From positions 1-35,687 of the forward strand of contig JBBQXJ010000048.1 of NCBI GenBank assembly GCA_038209745.1: a stretch of 35,687 bases of DNA, written 5' to 3'. The position numbers and the translations under genes are program-made. The notes under the pieces are model-generated. The model was not told where the DNA came from, made no database searches, and saw only the letters and a list, made by a program, of their open reading frames with translations. Shown here in pieces: positions 26,654 to 35,267 of this stretch. The stretch comes from Verrucomicrobiota bacterium (GTDB lineage Bacteria > Verrucomicrobiota > Verrucomicrobiia > Limisphaerales > CANJSG01). Position 1 is the first letter of the stretch; the number at the start of each line of letters is the position of its first letter.

Positions 26654-28246
26654 ATGAAAGCAGCCAAGACCGAATCCCGGGATTGGGACGTGGTCGTCGT
26701 CGGCGGCGCGCTGGCCGGCGCTTCGACCGCTTTGATCCTGCGCCGGGCGCGCCCCGGCCTGCGGGTGCTCGTGCTGGAGAAGTCCACCCGCTTCACCCGC
26801 CGCGTGGGCGAGGCCACGGTCGAGATCAGCGGTTTCTTCCTCGGTCGTGTGCTCGGCCTGACGCGCCATCTCAACGAACACCATCTGGTAAAGCAGGGCA
26901 TGCGCTTCTGGTTCGCCAATGATCGGACCGCGAACCTCGGCGACTGCGGCGAGATCGGCGCCCGCTACCAGGCGCGTCTGCCGGCCTATCAGCTTGATCG
27001 TTCCGTGCTCGACGACGAGGTGCTGGCGACCGCCGCCGCAGCGGGGGTGCAGGTCCTTCGCGGGGCCAAGGTCCGTGCTGTCCGTCTTCAATCCGGGGCC
27101 GAACAGGAAGTCGATTTCGAACAGGACTCCATGGCGCGGACCGTTCGCTCCCGTTGGGTCGTGGACGCCTCGGGCTTCACCGCGTTGCTCTCGCGGCAGG
27201 AAGGTTGGCTCCGCCCCAACGCCGCCCATCCCACCAGCGCGGTCTGGGCCCGCTGGCGCGGCGTGGCCGATCTCGACGGACTCGATCTTGCCGCCAAATA
27301 CCCGGAGTGGGCCGCCGCTTCCTATGGCATCCGGGGCACCGCCACGAACCATCTCATGGGCGACGGCTGGTGGGCGTGGCTGATCCCGTTGAAGGGCGGC
27401 GATACCAGCGTGGGCCTCGTCTATGACCAGCGCCACGTCCAGTTCCCCAAGGAAGGGGCGCTGGGCGACCGCCTCAAACAATTCCTTTGTCGCCACCCCG
27501 TCGGCCGCGAGCTCCTCGCCGATGCGAACTGGGTGGAGCACGACGTCTTGGCCCGCTCGAATCTTCCCTTCTCCAGCGACCGCTATTTTGGCGACGGCTT
27601 CGCGCTCGTGGGCGATGCCGGGGCCTTCCTCGATCCGTTCTACAGTCCCGGGATGGACTGGCTCAGCTTCACCGTCACGGCCGCCACGCAGGTCATTTTG
27701 AAAGAGCGCGGCGGCGAAAGTCCGGCGCCACAGATCGAGCGTTTCAATCGCGATTTCACCCGCGCCTACGACCGCTGGTTCACCGCCATCTACCGCGACA
27801 AATACGACTACCTCGGCGACTACGAGCTGATGCGGACCGTGTTCCGGCTGGACCTCGGCCTCTACTACCTCGGCATCGTTTCGCAGCCCTTCAAACGCGG
27901 CGCTGCGGCGCTCAGCGAACCCGTCTTCTGCACTCCGCCGTCGGTGCCGGTCTTCCATCTCATCCGCACCTACAATCGCCGCATGGCCGCCATCGCCCGG
28001 AGCCGTCGCGCGCGCGGCACCTTTGGTCGTCGAAACCATGGTGAACGGTTTCTCATGAGCGGCTTCACCCTGGAACCCTCCAGCGGCCTCGGTGTCCTGA
28101 AAGCGATGGCCGGTTGGCTGCGTCTGGAACTGACCGAAGGCTGGCGCACCTGGGGCAGGACCGAGCGGCGCAGCGACAAATCTACGGCCAGCAAGCCGGA
28201 TCCCTCGCCCCATTGCTCCCCGGCCCAGCTCCGCGTCGAACCATGA
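26654..28246 (+). CDS. FAD-dependent halogenase-like oxidoreductase
   Basis: DVVVVGGALAG, VGEAT, a conserved Lys in VKQGMRFWF, WAWLIP (WxWxIP) and GDAGAFLDPFYSPG. ATG at 26654. Confidence 0.85.
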   Translation: MKAAKTESRDWDVVVVGGALAGASTALILRRARPGLRVLVLEKSTRFTRRVGEATVEISGFFLGRVLGLTRHLNEHHLVKQGMRFWFANDRTANLGDCGEIGARYQARLPAYQLDRSVLDDEVLATAAAAGVQVLRGAKVRAVRLQSGAEQEVDFEQDSMARTVRSRWVVDASGFTALLSRQEGWLRPNAAHPTSAVWARWRGVADLDGLDLAAKYPEWAAASYGIRGTATNHLMGDGWWAWLIPLKGGDTSVGLVYDQRHVQFPKEGALGDRLKQFLCRHPVGRELLADANWVEHDVLARSNLPFSSDRYFGDGFALVGDAGAFLDPFYSPGMDWLSFTVTAATQVILKERGGESPAPQIERFNRDFTRAYDRWFTAIYRDKYDYLGDYELMRTVFRLDLGLYYLGIVSQPFKRGAAALSEPVFCTPPSVPVFHLIRTYNRRMAAIARSRRARGTFGRRNHGERFLMSGFTLEPSSGLGVLKAMAGWLRLELTEGWRTWGRTERRSDKSTASKPDPSPHCSPAQLRVEP

Positions 28247-28352
28247 ATGCTCCCGTGGATCTTCGCCGCGCCTTTTTGGAAGAAGCCACCCGTCTCGCAA
28301 CCGACTCCGTCGCGAAAGGTGGCGCCCCTTCGGCTGCGTGATGGTGAAGGAC
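28243..28352 (+). pseudogene. Nucleoside/guanine deaminase N-terminal remnant, frameshifted and truncated
   Basis: ATGA-coupled to the halogenase. Reads FLEEATRLATDSVAKGG and, after a 1-nt shift near 28325, PFGCVMVKD. No HAE or PCxxC motif follows. Confidence 0.7.
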
Positions 28353-28774
28353 ATTGCCATCTATGACGCCTGCCAGTTCTTGTGCAGCCATCAGCTCGAG
28401 GACAGCGATGGATGTTCTCCATTTTGGGATCCGGGATCAAACGCGCTCTCTCCGACTCTTTCCCCGTTCCCTTTGAACCGGGAGAAAGGCTTCGCTCTTG
28501 GCCGGAGCGATGCAGTGGGAGTTGGATTTCGGTGGTGATCAGGCAGTGAAGGCGGGACGCTTTCGGACTGCATTGCAGCTGGGGAAAGATGGAACGCGAA
28601 TCTGAAGACGCTCAAAAGCTTCGGCGCGATCCATCGCAAGAGTAAGCCCATCGACTAGATCTCGGGGCGTTGAATCTCGGCAGTGAGGGCCACGGAAATC
28701 GTGGTCTTGGGCGAATCCGGCCCGTTCCCAGGAGATTACTTCCGGTCGGGTCATGGTTTACGCTCTACTGAAGC

Positions 28775-28807
28775 AAAAGGCTCCGGAGAGAATCTCTCCG
28801 GAGCCTT
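28775..28807 (-). terminator. Intrinsic terminator downstream of the sigma factor gene
   Basis: AAGGCTCCGGAGAGA / TCTCTCCGGAGCCTT inverted repeat, followed by TTTTGCTT on the minus strand. Confidence 0.8.
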
Positions 28808-28834
28808 GCGGAATTATTGGATTTCCGAGCGTCG

Positions 28835-29848
28835 TTATTCGACGACGCTGACGGTTTCCAAGTCCTCGATTTTCCGCCGCAATTTGTTCAGCGCCACGTT
28901 CTGGACCTGTCGAATCCGCTCGCGGGTTAACCCATACTGTTCGCCGACTTCTTCGAGCGTCTTTTCGTTGTCCCCGTCCAAACCGAACCGCTGGCGGAGG
29001 ATGTCTTGTTCGCGGGGAGGAAGCGTCTGGACCAGTTCCCGGATAAGAGCGGAGTTCGTCTTCTCCTCCAACTCCTCGTAGGGATTGTCGGCGTTCGTGT
29101 CGGCCACGATGTCGGCCACGCGATTGGAATCGTCGTCATTGCCCAGCGGGGCTTCCAGCGAAGTCGGTGTGATGGACGCCTCGCGCAGACGGGCCACCTT
29201 CCGTGCCGGCAAATCAAGCTCTTGGCCCAGCTCCTCGTTGCTCGGCTCGCGACCGAGGATCTCTTGGAGTTTCGCGGCTGCTTTCCGGAGGTGGAACAGC
29301 TTGTCCACGACATGCACGGGGAGCCGGATGGTCTTGGATTGGTTGGCCAAGGCCCGCTTGATCGACTGCTTGATCCACCAGGCGGCATACGTCGAAAGCT
29401 TCGCTCCCTTGGTGGGGTCGAACCGTTCGACGCCCTTCATCAATCCCATGTTGCCCTCGTTGATCAGATCGAGGAGCGGAAGGCCGTAATTCTCGTAGTC
29501 CCGGGCGATCTTCACGACGAGGCGCAGGTTCGCCTTGATCATGTGCTCGCGTGCGGCCTTGTCCCCACGCCGGATCTTGCGGGCCAATTTGAGTTCCTCC
29601 GCCGGAGTCAGCAACGCCGTCCGGCCGATCTCGCGCAGATAGAGATTGAACGCCGTATTGCCGTCGTAGCTCTCGCGGACTGTCGGCTCGACCACCGGTT
29701 CGGGCGCGGCCACGGCCTGCGGAGCAGAGGAGCGTTTGACGACCGCTTTTACAACCGGAGCGGTTGCAATTTTCGACCGGCGAATACGGGGAGCCGCCGG
29801 GTTCCGGCGACAACGGGCCCGGGGAGTTGGAGCGGTTGTTGTCTTCAT
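28835..29848 (-). CDS. Sigma-70 family sigma factor (RpoD/RpoS-like, no region 1.1)
   Basis: LYLREIG (region 1.2), ANLRLVVKIA, DLINEGNMGL, STYAAWWIKQSI, TIRLPVH and TLEEVG...TRERIRQ. Start at 29848. Confidence 0.95.
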   Translation of the reverse strand: MKTTTAPTPRARCRRNPAAPRIRRSKIATAPVVKAVVKRSSAPQAVAAPEPVVEPTVRESYDGNTAFNLYLREIGRTALLTPAEELKLARKIRRGDKAAREHMIKANLRLVVKIARDYENYGLPLLDLINEGNMGLMKGVERFDPTKGAKLSTYAAWWIKQSIKRALANQSKTIRLPVHVVDKLFHLRKAAAKLQEILGREPSNEELGQELDLPARKVARLREASITPTSLEAPLGNDDDSNRVADIVADTNADNPYEELEEKTNSALIRELVQTLPPREQDILRQRFGLDGDNEKTLEEVGEQYGLTRERIRQVQNVALNKLRRKIEDLETVSVVE

Positions 29849-30153
29849 AGACTTATAGGTATTTGGACCGTGCGCGGCAGAATCTGTTTCAAGATTCTTG
29901 TGGCAAACTTCCCTCAATGAGTCGGTTGCATGACGCCAACCCCGTTCCCAGCCCGAACCGTGCCGCGCACTTTATCCGTCCGCTCCGTGCGGTTCTCCCT
30001 GACGAAAGGAGATTTAATCCCTTATCCCGAGGCGATTTGGACCGCCGGCCACCCTTGTTCTGATCTCCCACCCACCGCGACAGTGTGACGTAGGTCTCGA
30101 CTCATCCGCGTCAATCCTGCGCACCGCCCGATCCCGCTGCGCAGATTGCACGG

Positions 30154-31194
30154 CTACTTCTTCGGCCGAAACCCGGGAGGCAGATTTCCCCTGTCGGTAT
30201 CAGCCGGCGGTTCCGCTTCGTCCTCTTCTTCGACATCCGCTTGTGCTTGTCCTGGAACAGGCAAGGTGGCATAGAATTCGGGGTCGACCCGCTGCAATCG
30301 TTTCCGTGCCTTTTCGGACGCCGGAGTCGCGCTGTATTCCATGGCGACCCGGCGGAGGAGCTCGACGGCTTTGTCGGTCTTGTCGAGTTTGGAGTAGAGG
30401 TTGCAGAGCCTGATGGCAGTCCAGCCCCAACGGTCCGGCGGAAGCTTCTTCGTGAGCACAACTTCGAGCTCAAGGGCAGCGGCCAAATAGTTGCCGAGAT
30501 CCGCTTCATAGATTTCGGCGATACGAAGGGCGACAAAGACCTCACGCGGGTTCTTCTCGTAATAGGCCCGCATCAACCGGATGGACTCAAGCCGGTCTCC
30601 GGACGACCACACGGCCTCGGCCTCCTCCAGCTCCGGATTTCTGACTTCTTTGCCGTCGTCGTTGAAGAGGAACTCCAGGCTCTTGTCGGCGACGAGGAGT
30701 GAAAAGTCGCGCGCGGCCAGCAGCCCCAGCGCGGCGATCGAAAGAACAAAGCCCCCCAAGAAAGGAACCATTCGATTCCCAGCCTTCTTCTTGACCTGAG
30801 AAGGCGCGCTGTCCCCGGTCGCGACGGGTGCCAAAGTTGGTTTGGATTCCGGTGGAATCGCCCCGGCCACGGCATTGGTCGCCGAACCGCCGGGCAAAGC
30901 CGGTTCCTGGGTGACCAAGGATGAATTGGCGGCCGAGTTGGTGGCTGAAGCAGCAACCGATTCGACGTGGTTGCTCGCGCCTTCGACAATTGCCGAAGCG
31001 TTGGTCTCGGAATTCCCCTCAACCGGCGGCGTGGTTCTGGGGGTGGATCTACGGGTTTCCGTTGAGGTCAGATCCGACTCGGTCAGATCCCGCCCTCCGC
31101 TGCCGCTGCGGAAACTGTCCACGAATCCTCGCCCGGTCCAGATGGCGAGACCGATCAGCACCGCATACACCAGAACCCGAATCGCGATTTTCAT
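30154..31194 (-). CDS. Hypothetical membrane protein with C-terminal TPR-like helical domain
   Basis: N-terminal TM, a Ser/Thr/Ala/Pro-rich linker and a second TM. TPR-like repeats (ALRIAEIYEADLGNYLAAALELE; RLCNLYSKLDKTDKAVELL). Confidence 0.8.
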   Translation of the reverse strand: MKIAIRVLVYAVLIGLAIWTGRGFVDSFRSGSGGRDLTESDLTSTETRRSTPRTTPPVEGNSETNASAIVEGASNHVESVAASATNSAANSSLVTQEPALPGGSATNAVAGAIPPESKPTLAPVATGDSAPSQVKKKAGNRMVPFLGGFVLSIAALGLLAARDFSLLVADKSLEFLFNDDGKEVRNPELEEAEAVWSSGDRLESIRLMRAYYEKNPREVFVALRIAEIYEADLGNYLAAALELEVVLTKKLPPDRWGWTAIRLCNLYSKLDKTDKAVELLRRVAMEYSATPASEKARKRLQRVDPEFYATLPVPGQAQADVEEEDEAEPPADTDRGNLPPGFRPKK

Positions 31195-31249
31195 GACGTC
31201 GGCGAATTCACGCAGAGTTACAAGGGAGGCAAAAGGATTTTCCCGACGG

Positions 31250-32427
31250 TCACCCGCCCGAGATCAAAGCAGTAGTCCGACGACCGCTGCCGTTTGAGAG
31301 CAGGCCTAGGGCCATCCCACCATTTGGTTCCAAAGCCCCGATGCCACCAATCTGGAAGGCGATGCTGGAAAAATTAGCGGATCCACAAAGCGCATCGGTC
31401 GCCGGATTAACCGCGCGCTCTGACCGAACGGATTCCGGAAAAGTGGGCGCCAAGTGGCCGACGAACTCGTTCAGCACGATCTACTGGCCCAAAATGCCGC
31501 CCAACACTTGGCAGTCTGACCCCCATGGAACCCCCTTTCACCGGGTGAACGGCGCGTTGATCCATGCGGAAATCTGCTCGAACTTCACCTGCTGCGCCTT
31601 CCCGAATCCTGCCTGAACCGCCCCAAGCAACCCGTTCGTCATCTCCACCAACGCGACAAATCCGATCAGCGTCCCCAGAACGTTGATCGCCAGTTTCATC
31701 CCGTCTCTCGCCCGGTCGCAAGGTGCTTCGATGCTGTTCCGGGCGGTGCGCACGATCGGAACGAGGGCGCCGGTGGCGGTCTCGCTGACTTGGGTTTCCG
31801 GCAAAAGGATCTCGGCGAACATCGTCGTCGCCGACGCGCTGATCACCGAAGCGGCCAACAGATGCCCCGCCAGATCCGCATGACCCGACGCAAGCCCGAA
31901 GCCCGCGTAAAACCCAGTCCGCATGGACTACCGCCACTCCGCCCGCAATGGTCATCATCCCTTCGGTCATCAAGCACAGCAGCTCGCTCTGCGTCATGCG
32001 GGGCAGATACGGCTTGATGAGCGAAGGCGCCTCGGATCAACCCATGAAAACATTCGCAGCGGCGGCCAGGCTCTCGCTCCCACTGGTCCGCATCACCCAT
32101 TGCATTTCCCAGGCCATGCCCCGCACAACTCGCTGGAGTCTGCCCCACTGGCAGAGCTGCACCGACAGTGCAGCGATGAGGATGACCGTGCCGGCGACCA
32201 CGACCGCCTTCACCGGCGAACTGGTCGATCTGTTGACCGCCTCGCCACCTCATTGGAAGAACCGAGTCCCAGCTCTGGTTTTGAGGATCAAGAAGGCGAT
32301 CACAAGCTCGAACGCCGGCCCGGACAACACCGTCCGCCCAAGAAATGCCCTCCGATCCGTGGAAATCACGCACGCGGGGGCGGGGGAAAAGGGTGATGCC
32401 GAGAAGGCTATTGAGCTGGGGCGCCAC
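31250..32427 (-). pseudogene. NupC/CNT family nucleoside transporter pseudogene
   Basis: Fragments in several frames: SLLGITLF, ISTDRRAFLGRTV, TSGSESLAAAANVFMG*SEAPSLIKPYL, MMTIAGGV, HLLAASVISA, LAINVLGTLIGFVALV, LNEFVG and LCGSANFSSIAFQIGGIG. Stops at 32250-32252 and 32037-32039, plus frameshifts. Confidence 0.9.
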
Positions 32428-32600
32428 GACTGCCGAGGCTACTGGCCGGCCGAAGGCGTTGTCGGCGGGAACCACGGGCAGAAGCACCTCGATCGACTCT
32501 GGGCCAGCGGACACTGGGGACTTGCAATGGCTTTTTCGTCGGATAACGTCCGCTTTCCATTGGGTCCAGTTCCCGCATTTAGAAACCAGATTTTAGATTT

Positions 32601-33158
32601 ATGGCGACCGCAAACGATCTCCGCCGAGGCATGGCCGTGGTGCTGAACAACGACGTCTCCGTCGTCCTCGAAACCATCCACCGCACTCCCGGCAACCTCC
32701 GCGCGTTCATCCAGGTTTCCCTCCGCAGCATCAAGACCGGCAAGACCGCCGAACTCCGTTTCAGCTCGAATGAGCGGGTCGAGATCATCCCGATGATGAC
32801 CAAGAAAATGGAGTTCTCCTACAAGGACGGCCAGGACTACATCTTCACCGACCCCGAGACCTACGAGACGATCAATCTCACCCCGGAGCTTGTCGGCGAC
32901 GCCAAGAACTTCATGACCGACAACGCGGTCGTCACCATGACGCTCATCGACGACAAGCCCGTGTCGATCGAACTGCCCTCCAGCGTCATTCTCACCGTCA
33001 CCGAGGCCCCCGAAGGCATCCGCGGCGATTCCGCGAACAACGTCCAGAAGACCATCACCCTCGAGACCGGCATCACCTTGCAGGCTCCGCTCTTCATCAA
33101 GACCGGCGAGAAGATCAAGGTCGACACCCGCACCGGAAAATACATGGAGCGCGCCTGA
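32601..33158 (+). CDS. efp: Elongation factor P
   Basis: ANDLRRG, HRTPGNLRAF, FTDPETYE, PEGIRGDSA and LETG...PLFIKTGEKIKVDTRTGKYMER. Confidence 0.97.
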   Translation: MATANDLRRGMAVVLNNDVSVVLETIHRTPGNLRAFIQVSLRSIKTGKTAELRFSSNERVEIIPMMTKKMEFSYKDGQDYIFTDPETYETINLTPELVGDAKNFMTDNAVVTMTLIDDKPVSIELPSSVILTVTEAPEGIRGDSANNVQKTITLETGITLQAPLFIKTGEKIKVDTRTGKYMERA

Positions 33159-33182
33159 TCCGGAGCGATCCGCAGAACCTCG

Positions 33183-33211
33183 AAACGCCCGCCTGTCCGG
33201 CGGGCGTTTTG
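33183..33211 (+). terminator. Intrinsic terminator after efp
   Basis: AAACGCCCGCC-TGTCC-GGCGGGCGTTTT hairpin, 24 nt after the stop. Confidence 0.85.
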
Positions 33212-33355
33212 CGTTTCAAGAGACGACCTTATCGCCCGAATGCCCATTTGTTCGGCCTTTGACCTTCGCGTTTCGTCATTCCTTCCCGTTGTCAGCAACC
33301 CGCCGACATCTTTTCATTTCAACCGACCGTTGTGCGTCTACCCTAACCGAGTCGC

Positions 33356-33766
33356 ATGAACATCCCGTTCTTCAGACAGCTCCCGCGCCGGGCCCTGTTC
33401 CGCCGCAACGCCAAAGAGGAGGCGTTGGCGGAATGGCGCCACTCCGACTCGACGGAGCAGGAGGGCGCGCGCCGCACGACCGAGAAAACCATTGCCGACA
33501 TCATGCCCGGCGTGCTCCAACGCCTGCGGATCGACCAGCGCCAGTCGGAGACGGAGATCCTCAAGGTCTGGGCCTCCCTCGTGGAACCGGAAGTCGCCCA
33601 ACACTCCACCCCCACCGGCATCCGCAATGGCACGCTCTTCGTCTCCGTGGACAGCAACGTCTGGCTCGACGAGATCGTCCGCTACCGCCGCCGCGAGATC
33701 CTCGACCGGCTCAAGAGCGCCTTCGGCCCGACCAAAGTCCAGCGCATCTCCTTTCGGATCGGGTAA
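33356..33766 (+). CDS. DUF721/DciA family protein
   Basis: WASLVEPEVAQHSTPTGIRNGTLFVSVDSNVWLDEI...ILDRL...VQRISFRIG matches the DciA/DUF721 pattern. Confidence 0.85.
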   Translation: MNIPFFRQLPRRALFRRNAKEEALAEWRHSDSTEQEGARRTTEKTIADIMPGVLQRLRIDQRQSETEILKVWASLVEPEVAQHSTPTGIRNGTLFVSVDSNVWLDEIVRYRRREILDRLKSAFGPTKVQRISFRIG

Positions 33767-33777
33767 CACCCAGAACG

Positions 33778-33839
33778 GACACGCATTTCACGAATTCTCA
33801 CGGATCGGCCTCTGCCCTGAATTCGTGGACATCCGTGTC
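33778..33839. repeat. Imperfect CACGAAT-type palindromic repeat
   Basis: GACACGCATTTCACGAATT ... AATTCGTGGACATCCGTGTC. It resembles the arms at 34957-34983 and 35170-35196. Confidence 0.6.
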
Positions 33840-33858
33840 TCCGGTTTAGGATTCGACA

Positions 33859-33968
33859 AGCTCCGCCACTGAATACATCCCTGTCGCCACCGCGAAGACC
33901 TTCGCGCCAATCGCCCGCTCGCAGAGCACATCCAACGGTGTGTCACCGATCACTAGGATCTCTTCGCC
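33859..33968 (-). pseudogene. Diverged duplicate of the HAD hydrolase 3' region
   Basis: Ungapped 110-bp match to 34310-34419, 92/110 identical by hand count. Translates GEEILVIGDTPLDVLCERAIGAKVFAVATGMYSVAEL. Confidence 0.9.
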
Positions 33969-34022
33969 CTTCCGTAAATGTCATTTTTTGACGGGCTGTT
34001 AACGGCATGGTTCTCATGCCCG

Positions 34023-34247
34023 TTAGAAATATGCTGGTGAAAGGTCCACGTGAGGATCCTCAACAATCCGTGATTTGAAGCACTGAGCATGACACGACCA
34101 AGTCTGCCAAAGTCCCGCCTTCGTCGTGACAGTGACATTGCATGGGTCAACGCCTGAGTCCTTGATGAGCTCGCCGCAGAAAGGACATGGTCCGTTGAAG
34201 GTTACTTCTGGCGTACGTGTGCGCCGCCAACATTGTTGCTCAACCAA
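34023..34247 (-). CDS. Small Cys-rich hypothetical protein, lower GC; start uncertain
   Basis: CPFCG...DPC...CHAQCF, a possible Zn-binding arrangement. It lies directly downstream of the HAD stop. Confidence 0.55.
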   Translation of the reverse strand: MVEQQCWRRTRTPEVTFNGPCPFCGELIKDSGVDPCNVTVTTKAGLWQTWSCHAQCFKSRIVEDPHVDLSPAYF

Positions 34248-34917
34248 CGATCTCCCCGACGTCCAAGTCTTTCAACGACGCCACCGCCCAGTCGGGTTTC
34301 GTCTCTTCCAGCTCCGCCACCGAATACATCCCAGTGGCCACAGCCAGCACCTTCGCACCAATGGCCCGGCCGCAGCGCACGTCCAGCGGCGTGTCGCCGA
34401 TCACCAGAATCTCTTCGCCTCTCAGCTCGCGCTTCAGCAGTTCCACGCCTCGCCGATGCGCGATCTTGGCGATCTCGTCGCGCTCCTCGTGATCGTCGCC
34501 GAACCCGCCCATGACGAAGCGGTCCCAGAGGCCGAAGTGCCCCAGCTTGATCTCAGCCCCGCGACGGACGTTGCCCGTCAACAATCCGATGGTCGGGGGT
34601 TCCGGCAACGCCTTCAGTCCATCCATGAATGCATCCACGCCGTCGAAGACCCCGCCACCCAGCTCCGTGAGCAGCCGGGCCAGCCGAGTCGTGTAGCTGG
34701 TGAAGAACTTGGCGAAATCCTCCGGCGAAGGTTCGTGTCCCTGGGAGCGGAAGATGCCCCGCGCCAACGCCGCGTCGGTTCCGCCTGCGAACCTCACTCC
34801 GGTCGTGGCGCCTGGAAAACCGAAGTCCTGGTGGAAGACTTCGCCGAACGCCACCACGCCCGCCGCGTTGGTGTGGATCAAAGTGCCATCGATGTCGAAG
34901 AGAACGAGCCGTATCAT
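34240..34917 (-). CDS. HAD family hydrolase (phosphoglycolate phosphatase-like)
   Basis: LFDIDGTL (motif I), LLTGN (motif II) and VIGDTPLD (motif IV). Confidence 0.93.
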   Translation of the reverse strand: MIRLVLFDIDGTLIHTNAAGVVAFGEVFHQDFGFPGATTGVRFAGGTDAALARGIFRSQGHEPSPEDFAKFFTSYTTRLARLLTELGGGVFDGVDAFMDGLKALPEPPTIGLLTGNVRRGAEIKLGHFGLWDRFVMGGFGDDHEERDEIAKIAHRRGVELLKRELRGEEILVIGDTPLDVRCGRAIGAKVLAVATGMYSVAELEETKPDWAVASLKDLDVGEIVG

Positions 34918-34956
34918 GCGGCGGGGACGCTACGGTTCACGACGGACTCTGGAAAC

Positions 34957-35196
34957 CACGAAGGGACACGAATCCACACGAATGATCCAGAAAGGCGCGG
35001 TCGGTAGGCCGGGTTCCTCCACCTGGCGTTCCGCTGAAGGCAGAGTTCGGGGCCGACCCACCCCTGACCCCTCCGAGGAGGTGAAAATGCAGGAAGCCTC
35101 GCGACAGCCGGATGTGCGCATCCGGTTCCCCTCCTCGGAGGGGTCAGGGGTGGGTTCTGCACGGTCCGGATTCGTGTGGATTCGTGTCCCTTCGTG
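34957..35196. repeat. Nested palindromic repeat cluster between the HAD gene and tyrS
   Basis: Perfect 27-bp IR at 34957-34983/35170-35196 enclosing a perfect 26-bp IR at 35056-35081/35130-35155, a hairpin at 35108-35125 and a GTAG REP-like unit at 35004-35027. Confidence 0.88.
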
Positions 35197-35267
35197 TTCC
35201 CCTCTTTGCTTCGCCATTTTCCACGCTTGAGCCTTTTCCCCATGAGCCGGTTAATTCCCGTCCTCTG

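Noticed and set aside
29990..30035. CTGACGA followed by a stem, resembling a hammerhead ribozyme core
   Set aside because: No GAAA follows the putative stem II, and stems I and III cannot be formed.
33975..34025. attC site or IS end next to the cargo ORF
   Set aside because: The hairpin is only about 26 bp, too short for attC. The IS-like TTTTTTGACGGGCTG has no partner end or transposase.
33859..34419. HAD repeat pair as a diversity-generating retroelement TR/VR
   Set aside because: Mismatches are not adenine-specific on either strand and are mostly synonymous. No reverse transcriptase is in the window.
34957..35196. CRISPR array or T-box leader upstream of tyrS
   Set aside because: The repeats are inverted rather than direct with spacers, there are no cas genes, and I see no T-box consensus.
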